DNA of 63,273 nucleotides from Granulicella sp. (GTDB lineage Bacteria > Acidobacteriota > Terriglobia > Terriglobales > Acidobacteriaceae): positions 1 to 63,273 of the forward strand of contig DAHWNL010000066.1 in NCBI GenBank assembly GCA_027339965.1, given 5' to 3'. Each line of letters begins with the position of its first letter. The stretch's first letter is position 1. The notes under the pieces were generated by a model that searched no databases, was not told the DNA's origin, and saw only the letters and a list, made by a program, of their open reading frames with translations. The position numbers and the translations under genes were made by a program. Positions 62,612-63,273 of the stretch are shown in pieces.

Positions 62612-62727
62612 TAGAGCATTTTCCCCGCTGATGGGTATCCAAAAGCGATTGTGCAGTGGCGTTTTCATTGGGGAAAACGCCCATCCATCTCAATCTGCTG
62701 GACTACACCTACGGGAAAGATGCTCTA
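62612..62727 (-). mobile_element. 114-bp palindromic MITE-like element, right copy (inverted)
   Basis: Reverse complement of 61615-61728 with 3 mismatches; TA at both ends. Confidence 0.82.
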
Positions 62728-62803
62728 TGTCGCGCACCCCGGCCGTGGCGGGCTGACAGATTCCGCCTGGTGGGGCTTGCCTCTGGCTCCTGGGCACGAC
62801 TGG

Positions 62804-63273
62804 TCAGGGTGCGCAGGTGTGCCCTGCCGACGGCGGCTGGTGGCCTGCTGCGGAAGGTACAGTACGGCTCTCTCCGGTCGGCCCGCGTAGCTGGGTCTTT
62901 CTTTTTCCCTCAAGCGCCAGAAGAGCGGTGGCTCCGAGGTCCGTCCAGCAGAGGTAGTCCAGTGGAATCCGAAATCTGTGGGTGCTGATGATGAGGCAGA
63001 ACGGAAGGAGGACGGCGACGAGGACAGACGCTATGAGGAGCCGGGTGGGGCCTCTGCCAGCGGGCTTCCAGAGGACGGAGGCTACCACCCAGAGCGGGAT
63101 GCCGCATGCGGCCAGAACCTTTGCCATGCCCGCGAGGGTGTTGAGGGGGTGGAGGTGCAGGTCCGGGAGCATCATGTATCCGAACTTGAGAAGGAAGAGC
63201 TCCACCACCTGCCCGGGATGCTGGCGAATGAAGGTGAAGGCGGCCGCACGGTAGAAGGGATCGAGACGTGGAC
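62804..63273 (-). CDS. Partial (3' end) polytopic membrane protein, possibly an ArnT/GT39-like glycosyltransferase
   Basis: Frame open to the window edge; AFTFIRQHP..V.LFLLK followed by TM helices and RFRIP. Confidence 0.55.
   Translation of the reverse strand, partial: PRLDPFYRAAAFTFIRQHPGQVVELFLLKFGYMMLPDLHLHPLNTLAGMAKVLAACGIPLWVVASVLWKPAGRGPTRLLIASVLVAVLLPFCLIISTHRFRIPLDYLCWTDLGATALLALEGKRKTQLRGPTGESRTVPSAAGHQPPSAGHTCAP

Noticed and set aside
61614..62727. Integron attC sites flanking a TA cassette
   Set aside because: Copies are inverted rather than direct, lack RYYYAAC...GTTRRRY polarity, and no integrase is in the window
61470..62988. Short ORFs sharing peptides such as FSLGKTPIHLNLLDYTYGK and MKTPLHNRFW
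   Set aside because: Translation of the repeated 114-bp element, not duplicated genes

Overview
GC-rich bacterial chromosomal segment whose gene content and protein signatures point to Acidobacteriota (Terriglobia/subdivision 1; inference from family features, not a database search). Housekeeping and envelope genes: infC with an AUU start, an NhaP antiporter, tonB-exbB-exbD-exbD plus a TPR lipoprotein, yajC-secD-secF, a MATE transporter and a TonB-dependent receptor. There is also a TetR/azoR/DoxX module, a carbohydrate cluster (GH63-like, ribokinase, GH3, sulfatase), a sensor kinase, an NHL/Ig-repeat surface protein with a beta-barrel partner, an M61 peptidase and a complete alternative complex III plus caa3 (A2-type) oxidase operon. 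The right end is an accessory region of GT-C glycosyltransferases. Most unusual observations: (1) the surface protein ends in what looks like an Ig domain split by a transmembrane hairpin and an internal lipobox, next to an outer-membrane barrel, a candidate undescribed anchoring or export system; (2) a TumE-TumA-like toxin-antitoxin pair is bracketed by two inverted, near-identical 114-bp palindromic elements, and a diverged third copy with compensatory changes lies at 16 kb; (3) an internally deleted RAYT/TnpA(REP) remnant sits between two inward-facing REP hairpins. No rRNA, tRNA or CRISPR array was recognised.
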